From positions 1 through 38,813 of the forward strand of contig JAEDJP010000002.1 of NCBI GenBank assembly GCA_016296285.1: DNA of 38,813 nucleotides, read 5' to 3'. Positions 18,684 to 26,830 of this stretch are shown one piece after another. The position numbers and the translations under genes are program-made. This DNA is from Bacilli bacterium. GTDB taxonomy: Bacteria; Bacillota_I; Bacilli_A; RFN20; CAG-826. The first letter of the stretch is position 1. The number at the start of each line of letters is the position of its first letter. Below the pieces are notes generated by a model. That model was not told the DNA's origin. It worked only from the letters and a program-made list of their open reading frames with translations, and ran no database searches.

Positions 18684-18700
18684 TAGTTCATAGAACTATC
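18682..18700. repeat. Perfect 19-bp palindrome GATAGTTC-ATA-GAACTATC
   Basis: Read directly from the sequence. Overlaps the rnhB stop codon and lies 84 nt upstream of dprA. Confidence 0.85.
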
Positions 18701-18783
18701 CTTCTCATTTTTCATCCAAAACGAAAACTCGTGGGGAATTTTCGCTTCTTTTTTGGCTCTAAGAATAGGGAAGGAGAATTCGA

Positions 18784-19587
18784 ATGCTACCAAGAGACAT
18801 CGTTGCTTACCTATCCGATTATTACCGGGGCGATTGGAAGAAGATCTACGCCCACATCCTAGAGAAGAGGCCGGTTCCCGACGGGGCGGTCGATCGTTTC
18901 ACCGAGCGTTACCCCTGTAAGATCGTGACGCTTTTGGACGACGATTACCCAAAGGTCCTTCTCCAATGCCCAAAACCTCCGCTAGCCTTGTTTTATCGGG
19001 GCAACCTTTCCTTGCTCGACGACGAATCCCATTGCGTCGCGATCGTGGGCAGCCGGGCGGCTTCCGATTACGGGAAAAAGATGGCGAAGACCCTTGGGGA
19101 GGGACTCGCGAAAAGCGGATGCGTCGTGGTATCTGGCATCGCGCGAGGAATCGACGGGACTGCCTTAGAAGCCGCTTTTCCCTATGGCAAAGCGGTCGCG
19201 GTTCTTGGGAACGGGGTGGACCGCTATTACCCGTCCGAAAACGCGGATTTGCAGAAACGCATCGAAAAGGATGGCCTCGTCATCTCGGAATACCCCTTGG
19301 GCGTTGAACCATCCGCGGAACGCTTCCCCGCCCGCAATCGCATCATCGCCCAGCTGAGCCGCATGGTGGTCGTGGCGGAAGCCAAGCCTCGCAGCGGCAC
19401 GATGATTACCGTCGCGTTTGCCGCTGAGGCAGGGAAGGACGTGGGCGCCGTTCCCTTCCCCGCCGACTCCGAGAGCGGGTGCAACCATTTGATCCAGGAT
19501 GGCGCGGCCCTCATCACGTCCGCGGATGACGTCCTTTTCCAGATGGGCAGAAGCACGGAAACCCCTCGTATCGACAAGGCTGAATGA
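18784..19587 (+). CDS. dprA: DNA processing protein DprA (Smf)
   Basis: 267 aa. IVGSRAASDYG, VVSGIARGIDG, RFPARNRIIA. SD AGGAG at 18772-18776. Confidence 0.9.
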   Translation: MLPRDIVAYLSDYYRGDWKKIYAHILEKRPVPDGAVDRFTERYPCKIVTLLDDDYPKVLLQCPKPPLALFYRGNLSLLDDESHCVAIVGSRAASDYGKKMAKTLGEGLAKSGCVVVSGIARGIDGTALEAAFPYGKAVAVLGNGVDRYYPSENADLQKRIEKDGLVISEYPLGVEPSAERFPARNRIIAQLSRMVVVAEAKPRSGTMITVAFAAEAGKDVGAVPFPADSESGCNHLIQDGAALITSADDVLFQMGRSTETPRIDKAE

Positions 19588-19657
19588 ACCCGAAAAATTT
19601 TCTAGAGGCCCTATAAATAATCCTTATTTATATATAGAAAAAGGCAGGGCATACCCT

Positions 19658-19686
19658 TTGACATTGCAAAAAAGTCTTCCTATCAT
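19658..19686 (+). promoter_or_regulatory. Candidate topA promoter TTGACA-17 nt-TATCAT
   Basis: Consensus -35, exact 17-nt spacer, ATG 12 nt after the -10 box, no SD. Confidence 0.55.
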
Positions 19687-19698
19687 TCGGACGTTTCT

Positions 19699-21837
19699 AT
19701 GAAGCTAGTTATCGTTGAGTCACCGAAAAAATGTGAGACCATTCGCCGCTACTTGGGCGCTGATTTCATGGTCATGGCATCCCAAGGACATATACGCGAT
19801 CTTTCGACCCGCGGCAAAGGCGGGCTCGGGATCGACGTCGAGAACGGTTTCAAGCCGGATTACGTCCTTTCCCCGCGGAAGAAAGAAATCGTCACGCGCC
19901 TTACCGATGCCGCCCACAAGGCGGATGAAGTCTATCTCGCGACCGACCCTGATCGCGAGGGAGAAGCCATCTCTTGGCATTTGGCGCAGATTTTGCGTCT
20001 GCCCGTGGAGTCCACGAAGCGCCTCCGCTTCCACGAAATCACGAAGCCGGCGATTCTTGATGCCCTCGATCACCCTTCGACCATTGACGAAAATCTCGTC
20101 AAGGCGCAAGAAGCCCGGAGAATGGAGGATCGCATCATCGGCTTTAAAGTGTCCTCCTTGCTTCAGCGCTATATCGGTGTGCAAAGTGCCGGTCGCGTGC
20201 AAAGCTCGACTCTCGGCATGATTGTCGAACGCCAAGAAAAAATAGACGCTTTCGTACCGGAAGAATATTGGACGATCGATATCGAAGTCCTCATCGACGG
20301 AAAGAAATACAAAGCGAGCCTCGTAAAGGTCGATGGCCAGCCTTTCGCCTGCAAAACGAAAGAAGAAGCCGATGCAATCGTCGCGAGAATCCCGCATGAA
20401 TTGACGATTTCTTCCATCGTCAAAACCCCGAAAACCATCTACCCGAAGTTGCCTTTCACGACTTCTTCGATGCAACAAGAAGCCTACACGAAATACCATT
20501 TCTCGAACGCGAGAACCCAGGCGGTCGCCCAACGCCTTTACGAAGGCATGGATATCGCCGGGGAGCATGTCGGTTTGATCACCTACATGCGTACCGACTC
20601 GACGCGCATCAGCCCCGAATTCTATTCTCGCCACGCGAAACCCTTCATCTTGGAAACCTGGGGCCCGGATTATGTTGGTCCCCTTCGCAACGCCAAGAAG
20701 AACGATAACGTCCAAGACGCCCACGAGGCGATCCGCCCGACCGGCACCCACCGCACCCCGGAAAAGGTTGCCCCCTATCTTTCCTCGGACGAAAGCAAGC
20801 TCTACCGCCTCATCTATTCCCGCGCCATGGCTTCCATGATGGCCCCGAAATCCATCGAGGCTACGACCGTCACCCTGGAGGGGAATGGCCTTTCCTTCTC
20901 TTTGAAAGGATCCCGGACCTTGTTCCCCGGCTTCTCGATTCTCTATCGCGACGCCGAGGAGGACGATTCCTCCACCTTGCCGACGATGGCAGAAGGCGCC
21001 TCGCTTTCGCTTGCGAACATCGATGCGCAACAGAAGTTCACGAAGCCCGAACCCGCCTATAACGAAGCTTCGATCGTCAAGGCGATGGAAGAGAAAGGCA
21101 TTGGCAGGCCATCGACTTACGCGAGCACGATCGAAACCCTTCTCAAACGGAAATACGTTTCCTCCAACAAAGGCGTTTTGACCCCGACCGAAGACGGGAA
21201 GAAAACGATCGTCGTCCTCAAGAAGTATTTCCCGGATGTCGTTTCCACTTCCTACACCGCGGAGATGGAATCCACGTTGGATAAAGTTGAGTTCGGCGAG
21301 GAATCGCTGCTTCAGACGATGCGCGAATTCTACGACCCGTTCATCAGTAATTTCGAGAAAGTCAAAACCGTCATCTATAAAGAACCCCCTCGTCTCACCG
21401 GGGAGAATTGCCCTCTCTGCGGACGCCCCTTGGTGATCAAGAGAAGCCGCAAAGGCGACGAGTTCGTCGGATGCAGCAACTATCCGACCTGCAAATACAT
21501 CAAGTCCGATCGCCCGCAAGACGAACCGACGGGCGAGCTTTGCCCCGAATGCGGCAAGCCCTTGCTTTTTAAGCATTCCAGAAAAGGCGAGAAATTCATC
21601 GGCTGCAGCAATTTCCCGACTTGCCGTTTCACGAAATCCCTCGATGGGAAAGTGAGCGAGCCGAAGCCGAAAGTCACCTATGCCGAAGCGGATTACGTGA
21701 AACCTTGCCCCAAGTGCGGCACCGGCCACTTGGTCGTCAAGCAGGGCAAGAAAGCCCAATTCCTCGGTTGCACGAATTTCCCTCGTTGCCGTTATCACGA
21801 GTGGATCGAAAACAAATCCAAAAAGACGGAGAAGTGA
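19699..21837 (+). CDS. topA: DNA topoisomerase I with three C-terminal C4 zinc ribbons
   Basis: 712 aa. TOPRIM LVIVESPKK and LATDPDREGEAISWH, catalytic ITYMRTDST. Three CPxCG...GCxNxPxCR repeats. Confidence 0.95.
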   Translation: MKLVIVESPKKCETIRRYLGADFMVMASQGHIRDLSTRGKGGLGIDVENGFKPDYVLSPRKKEIVTRLTDAAHKADEVYLATDPDREGEAISWHLAQILRLPVESTKRLRFHEITKPAILDALDHPSTIDENLVKAQEARRMEDRIIGFKVSSLLQRYIGVQSAGRVQSSTLGMIVERQEKIDAFVPEEYWTIDIEVLIDGKKYKASLVKVDGQPFACKTKEEADAIVARIPHELTISSIVKTPKTIYPKLPFTTSSMQQEAYTKYHFSNARTQAVAQRLYEGMDIAGEHVGLITYMRTDSTRISPEFYSRHAKPFILETWGPDYVGPLRNAKKNDNVQDAHEAIRPTGTHRTPEKVAPYLSSDESKLYRLIYSRAMASMMAPKSIEATTVTLEGNGLSFSLKGSRTLFPGFSILYRDAEEDDSSTLPTMAEGASLSLANIDAQQKFTKPEPAYNEASIVKAMEEKGIGRPSTYASTIETLLKRKYVSSNKGVLTPTEDGKKTIVVLKKYFPDVVSTSYTAEMESTLDKVEFGEESLLQTMREFYDPFISNFEKVKTVIYKEPPRLTGENCPLCGRPLVIKRSRKGDEFVGCSNYPTCKYIKSDRPQDEPTGELCPECGKPLLFKHSRKGEKFIGCSNFPTCRFTKSLDGKVSEPKPKVTYAEADYVKPCPKCGTGHLVVKQGKKAQFLGCTNFPRCRYHEWIENKSKKTEK

Positions 21838-21840
21838 ACC

Positions 21841-23130
21841 ATGATGCGGGTCGATATCATCGGTGGCGGACTCGCGGGTTCCGAAGCGGCTTATTTCCTC
21901 CTCAAACGAGGGTATGAGGTCCATCTTTTCGATGCGCGCCCCTCTTATCAAGACGGGGCACACGAGACGGAATTCCTCGGCGAACTCGTTTGCTCCAACT
22001 CCCTGAAATCGAAACGCCTTGATAACGCCTGCGGCCTTCTCAAAGAAGAGATGCGTCAGCTGGGGTCCCTCATGATGGAGGCTGCCGATTACGCGGAAAT
22101 TCCTTCCGGCAACGCCCTTGGGGTGGACCGGGAGCAATTCGCGAAATTCATCACGGAACGCCTCTTGGCCTTCCCTTCTTTCCATTTGCATCGAGAGGAA
22201 GTGCGCGCTTTGCCGGAAGATCATCTGGCGATTTTGGCGACGGGCCCTTTGACGAGCCCCGATTTGCTGAACGACCTTTCAAGCAAACTCGGTGTCAAGA
22301 ACCTGTCCTTTTTCGATGCGAGCGCCCCCATCGTCAAAAAGGATTCCGTCGATTTCTCGAAAGCCTACGTCAAATCCCGTTACGAGCAAGAGGACGGGGG
22401 CTACATCAATTGCCCGATGGACAAGAGCGAGTATTTTGCCTTCGTCAAGGAACTCATCGGGGCGAAGAAGGCTCTCGTCCACGAATTCGACACCCATTAT
22501 TTCGAAGGCTGCTTGCCCGTCGAAGTCATCGCGAGCAGAGGCCTCGAGACGTTGCGTCACGGCCCGCTTAAGCCTTTTGGGCTCGAGACCCCGGAACACC
22601 CAAAGCCGTATGCCGTCGTCCAGCTTCGCCAAGACACGAAGCTCGGGGATTACTACAACATCGTCGGTTTCCAGACGAATCTCACGTACCCGGAGCAGAA
22701 GCGCGTCTTCTCGATGATCCCGGGCTTGGAGCATGCAGAATTCCTTCGTTACGGCCTCATGCATCGCAATTCTTACATCAATGCCCCCCTTGTTTTGCAA
22801 AATGACCTATCGCTGAAGGTGCTTCCAAACGTCTTCGTCGCTGGCCAGCTTTCCGGGGTCGAAGGGTATGTCGAAAGCGCCGCGATGGGGATTCTCGCCG
22901 CCATCCACGTTGCCCGTCGCCTTGAAGGGAAAGGTTTCCTCAAGGTGCCCCGCGAAACGATCTATGGGGGTCTTGTTTCCTACATCTTGCACGCCTCCCC
23001 CTCTTCATTCTCCCCGATGAACGCGAACTGGGCCCTTTTGCCCATGGCAAAGAAAGAGAACCGCGACGCGACCATCAAGACATCGTTAGAGGCGATGCGC
23101 GCCTTCGCGGAGCAAGTGAAGAATGATTGA
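21841..23130 (+). CDS. trmFO: Methylenetetrahydrofolate-tRNA-(uracil54-C5)-methyltransferase TrmFO (Gid)
   Basis: 429 aa. IIGGGLAGSEAAYFL and ELVCSNSLKS. Position after topA. Confidence 0.92.
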   Translation: MMRVDIIGGGLAGSEAAYFLLKRGYEVHLFDARPSYQDGAHETEFLGELVCSNSLKSKRLDNACGLLKEEMRQLGSLMMEAADYAEIPSGNALGVDREQFAKFITERLLAFPSFHLHREEVRALPEDHLAILATGPLTSPDLLNDLSSKLGVKNLSFFDASAPIVKKDSVDFSKAYVKSRYEQEDGGYINCPMDKSEYFAFVKELIGAKKALVHEFDTHYFEGCLPVEVIASRGLETLRHGPLKPFGLETPEHPKPYAVVQLRQDTKLGDYYNIVGFQTNLTYPEQKRVFSMIPGLEHAEFLRYGLMHRNSYINAPLVLQNDLSLKVLPNVFVAGQLSGVEGYVESAAMGILAAIHVARRLEGKGFLKVPRETIYGGLVSYILHASPSSFSPMNANWALLPMAKKENRDATIKTSLEAMRAFAEQVKND

Positions 23131-24061
23131 CGAAGAATTCCTTCCTCTGCTTCAACCTTTCGTCCAAGAGTTGCTCTTTTCCCGCGGCTATTCCTCCAAA
23201 ACCGCGGATGCCTATGTGAATGACATTGAGATTTTCCTTCGCTTCCTCCAGAAGAAGGACGTCGCGCTCAACGAGGTCGATGAAGCGGTGATCACGGAAT
23301 TCCTTTCCGGTGAGATTCGGCGGGGAATCGGGAAGAGGACGCTTGGCAGAAGGTTGTCCGCCTTACGCCTTTTTTACCATCACCTGAGGAAGCGCTCGCC
23401 CGATGAATTCCACGACAACCCGTTTGAGGGTTTTTCTTCCCCGAAGGCCGAAATCAAGTACCCCACTGCCCTCTTTTTCGAACAAGTGAAGTCCTTGCTC
23501 GATGCGAATGCCAAAAGGGACGACCCCTTGATGACGCGCGATCAAGCCATTCTGGAACTCCTTTACGCCTCGGGAATGCGCGCTTCGGAACTCATCGCTT
23601 TCGAGCCACGCGCCATCGATTATCGAAGCCGGATGATTCGAGTCTATGGCAAGGGCAAGAAGGTGCGCATGGTGCCTTTCGGGCAAAACGCGGAGAGATG
23701 GATGCGTCGTTACCAAGAGGAACTCCGGCCTGGCCTTTTGGCCAAAAACAAGCAGGACATAGCATTGAAAAAGGCCAAACCATTCTTCCTAAACGCCCAA
23801 GGGAACGCTTTGACGGTACGCGGTCTTGAATACATTTTGGCCACGATCGAGAAAAAGATCGGCAGCCACCTTGACCTCCATCCCCATGAGCTGCGTCACA
23901 CGTTCGCGACCCACCTTCTCCAAAACGGCGCCGACTTGCGCCTCATTCAGGAACTGCTCGGACACGAGTCCATCAACACGACCCAGGTCTACACCCATTT
24001 GACCACGGAAGACATGCAGGAACAATACGCCCGCTGCTTCCCTCAGCGAACCAAAAAGTAG
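23123..24061 (+). CDS. xerC: Tyrosine recombinase XerC/CodV type
   Basis: 312 aa. ...GMRASEL..., HELRHTFATHLLQNGADLRLIQELLGHESINTTQVYTHL. Position after trmFO, as for B. subtilis codV. Confidence 0.88.
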   Translation: MIDEEFLPLLQPFVQELLFSRGYSSKTADAYVNDIEIFLRFLQKKDVALNEVDEAVITEFLSGEIRRGIGKRTLGRRLSALRLFYHHLRKRSPDEFHDNPFEGFSSPKAEIKYPTALFFEQVKSLLDANAKRDDPLMTRDQAILELLYASGMRASELIAFEPRAIDYRSRMIRVYGKGKKVRMVPFGQNAERWMRRYQEELRPGLLAKNKQDIALKKAKPFFLNAQGNALTVRGLEYILATIEKKIGSHLDLHPHELRHTFATHLLQNGADLRLIQELLGHESINTTQVYTHLTTEDMQEQYARCFPQRTKK

Positions 24062-24066
24062 GTTCC

Positions 24067-24097
24067 TCCCCATAAGGGGAATCGACGTTCGATTTTT
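24067..24097 (+). terminator. Possible terminator after xerC (two short hairpins + T-run)
   Basis: tcccc ataa gggga, then atcga cgt tcgat tttt. Confidence 0.4.
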
Positions 24098-24098
24098 C

Positions 24099-24127
24099 TT
24101 GCAGGCCCCCACGCGTATGTGTATACT
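24099..24127 (+). promoter_or_regulatory. Candidate rpsB promoter TTGCAG-17 nt-TATACT
   Basis: Exact 17-nt spacer. Predicts a ~130-nt 5' UTR. Confidence 0.5.
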
Positions 24128-24266
24128 TTCGTCGCTGCGTTTTCGCAGTAATACGCACCCCGTGGATTCCGCGCCGTGTTCCTCCTGGGCCGAAGCAGGC
24201 TTAAAAAGCAGTGAGGTGGTCAGCGGTTCGAAGCGAGGGAGGCATAAACAAATGGAGGTCACCTAC

Positions 24267-25271
24267 ATGAGTGACGAAATCAAGGAAACCGTCGCGGTCG
24301 AAGAAACCGCGGCCCCGGCTGCTAGCGCCGAGCCGACCATGGCTGAAGTCTTCCACGACCCCAACGCTCCCATCATCACGATGAAGAAGTGCTTGGAAGC
24401 CGGCGTCCACTTCGGACACCAAACCCACCGCTGGAACCCGAAGATGGGCAAGTACATCTACGGCGCCCGCAATGGCATCTACATCATCGATCTCAACAAG
24501 ACGGTTGAGCGCACCATCCTCGCTTACCAGGCCCTCAAGGCCATCGTCGAAGCGGGCGGAAAGGTCCTCTTCGTCGGCACCAAGGCCCAGGCCCAGCAAA
24601 TCGTCATCGACGAAGCGGTCCGCTCTGGCTCCTTCTACATCACCAACCGCTGGCTCGGTGGCACCCTCACCAACTGGCGCACCATCGCGAGCCGCATCAA
24701 GCGTCTCCGCGATCTCGACGCCGCCCAAACCGACGGCTCCTGGGACAAGCTTCCGAAGAAGGAAGTCGCCCTCCTCCGCAAGGAATACGCCAAACTCGAC
24801 AAGAACCTCGGCGGCTTGAAGGAAATGCGCCGCCTCCCGCAGGCCATCGTCCTCGCCGATCCGTCTCTCGAGAAGAATGCCGCTCTCGAAGCCCGCAAGC
24901 TCAACATCCCGGTCTTCGCCCTCTGCGACACCAACGACGATCCCGAAATCATCGACTTCCCCGTCCCGACCAACAACGATGCCACGAGCGCCATCAAGCT
25001 CATCGTCGGCGTTCTCGCTGACGCTGTCGTCGAAGCCCGCGCTGGCGTGACCGAATTCGCCTACACCAAAGACGAAGGCGAAGAAGCCACCATGGCCGAT
25101 GCCATCCGCGTCGCCGACATCGCCGCCGAACAGCATCGTCAAGCCGTCCGCGCCGCCCGCAAGGCCCGCGAAGAGCGCTATGCCAAGATGCGTGCCGAAC
25201 GCGAAGCTCGCTTCCAAGCCCGCCGCGCCGAAGCCGCCAAGAAGGCCGAAGCCGCTAAGGAGACCAAATAA
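24267..25271 (+). CDS. rpsB: 30S ribosomal protein S2 with N- and C-terminal extensions
   Basis: Core LEAGVHFGHQTHRWNPKM...LGGTLTNW. SD GGAGG at 24254-24258 supports ATG 24267. Ala/Glu/Arg/Lys-rich C-terminal tail. Confidence 0.92.
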   Translation: MSDEIKETVAVEETAAPAASAEPTMAEVFHDPNAPIITMKKCLEAGVHFGHQTHRWNPKMGKYIYGARNGIYIIDLNKTVERTILAYQALKAIVEAGGKVLFVGTKAQAQQIVIDEAVRSGSFYITNRWLGGTLTNWRTIASRIKRLRDLDAAQTDGSWDKLPKKEVALLRKEYAKLDKNLGGLKEMRRLPQAIVLADPSLEKNAALEARKLNIPVFALCDTNDDPEIIDFPVPTNNDATSAIKLIVGVLADAVVEARAGVTEFAYTKDEGEEATMADAIRVADIAAEQHRQAVRAARKAREERYAKMRAEREARFQARRAEAAKKAEAAKETK

Positions 25272-26116
25272 TGGCTACCCCGACCATTGACCAGATCAAA
25301 GCCCTCCGCGATCGCACCGGAGCCGGCATCATGGATTGCAAGAAGGCCCTCATCGAGGCCGATTGCGATATCGAGAAAGCGATCGACGTCCTTCGTGAGA
25401 AGGGCATCGCCAAGGCCGTCAAGAAATCCGGCCGCGTCGCCGCCGAAGGCCTCGCCCTCGTCAAGAGCGATGCCTCCAAAGCCATCATCCTCGAGCTCAA
25501 CTGCGAGACCGACTTCGTCTCTTCGAGCGACAAGTTCCAGAAACTCATCGCCGACTGCTTGGATGTCTGCTTCGAGAAAGAGGCCGCGACCGTTGAGGAA
25601 GCCCAGGCTGTCTGCGCCGACCTCATGGCCGAAGCCACCATCGCCATGGGCGAGAAGTTCCAGCTTCGTCGCTACACCATCCTCCATGCGAAGGATGGCG
25701 AGGCGTTTGGCTCCTACATCCACATGCACGGCAAGATCGCTGCCCTCGTCGTCGTCTCCAAGGATCTTGGGGAAGGCAACCGCGGCCTCGCGATGACCGT
25801 TGCCTCCGCCGCTCCGGAATACCTGACCCTCGCGGATGTCCCGGCCGCCGACCGCGCTCGCGAACTCGCGATCGCCGAGAAGGAAGTCGCCGAAGATCCG
25901 AAGCTCCAGGCCAAGCCCGAGAACGTCAAGGCGATGATCGCCCAGCGCAAAGTCGATTCCCGCCTCGGCGAGAATTGCCTCGAAGCCAAGCCTTACGCCT
26001 TGGATCCGGACGGAAAGCTCACCGTCGCCCAATACCTCAAGGAAAAGGGCGCCTCGGTCGTTACCTTCGTCCGCTACCTCGTCGGTGAAGGCGTTGACAC
26101 CTCCGCCAAGGAGTAA
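25271..26116 (+). CDS. tsf: Elongation factor Ts
   Basis: 281 aa. IKALRDRTGAGIMDCKKAL N-terminal domain. TAATG overlap with rpsB. Confidence 0.93.
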   Translation: MATPTIDQIKALRDRTGAGIMDCKKALIEADCDIEKAIDVLREKGIAKAVKKSGRVAAEGLALVKSDASKAIILELNCETDFVSSSDKFQKLIADCLDVCFEKEAATVEEAQAVCADLMAEATIAMGEKFQLRRYTILHAKDGEAFGSYIHMHGKIAALVVVSKDLGEGNRGLAMTVASAAPEYLTLADVPAADRARELAIAEKEVAEDPKLQAKPENVKAMIAQRKVDSRLGENCLEAKPYALDPDGKLTVAQYLKEKGASVVTFVRYLVGEGVDTSAKE

Positions 26117-26130
26117 CCATTCCTTGAATT

Positions 26131-26161
26131 CCCCCTTGCCTCTTCATGGCGAGGGGGTTTT
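26131..26161 (+). terminator. Strong rho-independent terminator after tsf
   Basis: 10-bp stem cccccttgcc / ggcgaggggg, 7-nt loop, tttt. Confidence 0.8.
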
Positions 26162-26485
26162 CATTTGGCGACGCGAACCGGCATCTTTCCGCGGGCATGA
26201 GAAAAAACCGCGAAAGGAAAGCAGCTAGTTCACAATGCTTTCTGCTGACGATATCAAGAAAGAACCTCAAAAGAGTCAATCAAAATAATTGGGAAAACCA
26301 GGCCAATGTCCGGGGAAAACTTGTGAATACGTGGAAAAGGATTTACGTATCAAAAGCCTTGTTTTTGACCCACATCAAGCAAATTAAAATGTGAGAGGCG
26401 CGATATAAACGATGGGAAACTTGAGCTTACCGTGGCGCGTGTAAGTCGGGAATTCAGCCAATTGCCGTTCCGAAGCCGATTCGCA

Positions 26486-26830
26486 TCAATAAATCAACGC
26501 ATCATATGCCTTCCGAGACGATTCGAGGAGGCCGTTCACTAGTTCGGGAATCGGACTAGATTTCAGCCATTCCAGAAACCCAACGTAAATTGCGGTGTAT
26601 TCTAGATGGTCGTTTGAACAGATGCATTCTTCAACAAACTCGCAGATTCTTTTGACCATCTCGGCGTTTTTATTCATTGCAGCCTCTTTGCAAAACGGAT
26701 TGAATACGTCTTCAACAATCAACGTTGATCCTGTTCGAATTCCGTCTTGCCAAGAAACATAGGTTTCAAAGCAATCATGAATCTCCGGGAATTTTTCGAG
26801 GAGCTTTCTGTTGAACAATTCATCTTCCAT
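26486..26830 (-). CDS. Small helical, Cys-rich hypothetical protein; immunity-protein-like (tentative)
   Basis: 114 aa. AAGGA SD 7 nt upstream. 11-nt overlap with the upstream 93-aa ORF. Low-GC codon usage. Layout FPEI...TLIVEDVFNPF...MVKRICEFVEECICSND...YTAIYVGFLEWL resembles small immunity-type proteins found next to polymorphic toxins, by my recollection only. Confidence 0.55.
   Translation of the reverse strand: MEDELFNRKLLEKFPEIHDCFETYVSWQDGIRTGSTLIVEDVFNPFCKEAAMNKNAEMVKRICEFVEECICSNDHLEYTAIYVGFLEWLKSSPIPELVNGLLESSRKAYDALIY

Noticed and set aside
21410-21800. Three ~45-aa tandem repeats at the 3' end of topA
   Set aside because: These are the standard C4 zinc-ribbon repeats of bacterial topoisomerase I, not an unexplained repeat.
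8410-21837. Possibility of Mollicutes genetic code 4 (TGA = Trp), suggested by the reduced, Mollicutes-like gene order
   Set aside because: TGA terminates conserved proteins at their expected lengths (rnc 8410-8412, lepB 17202-17204, topA 21835-21837, cdsA 30611-30613). No conserved gene requires read-through of TGA.
19720-22224. 834-aa minus-strand ORF antisense to topA and trmFO
   Set aside because: It has the same shadow-ORF signature. It spans two unrelated plus-strand genes whose products have unambiguous catalytic motifs.
23123-24061. Tyrosine recombinase as a possible integrase of the low-GC cassette
   Set aside because: It sits in the conserved topA-trmFO-xerC(codV) context, has host-like GC, and is separated from the cassette by rpsB and tsf. 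It is most simply the chromosomal Xer recombinase.
24099-24266. N-terminal extension of the rpsB ORF (start 24099)
   Set aside because: The start would sit inside the predicted promoter and has no SD. The extension has no S2-like sequence. GGAGG at 24254-24258 supports ATG 24267.
26146-26394. 82-aa plus-strand ORF downstream of tsf
   Set aside because: It starts within the tsf terminator hairpin and has no SD. The sequence is basic and low-complexity with no recognisable features. I treat the region as non-coding (see finding).
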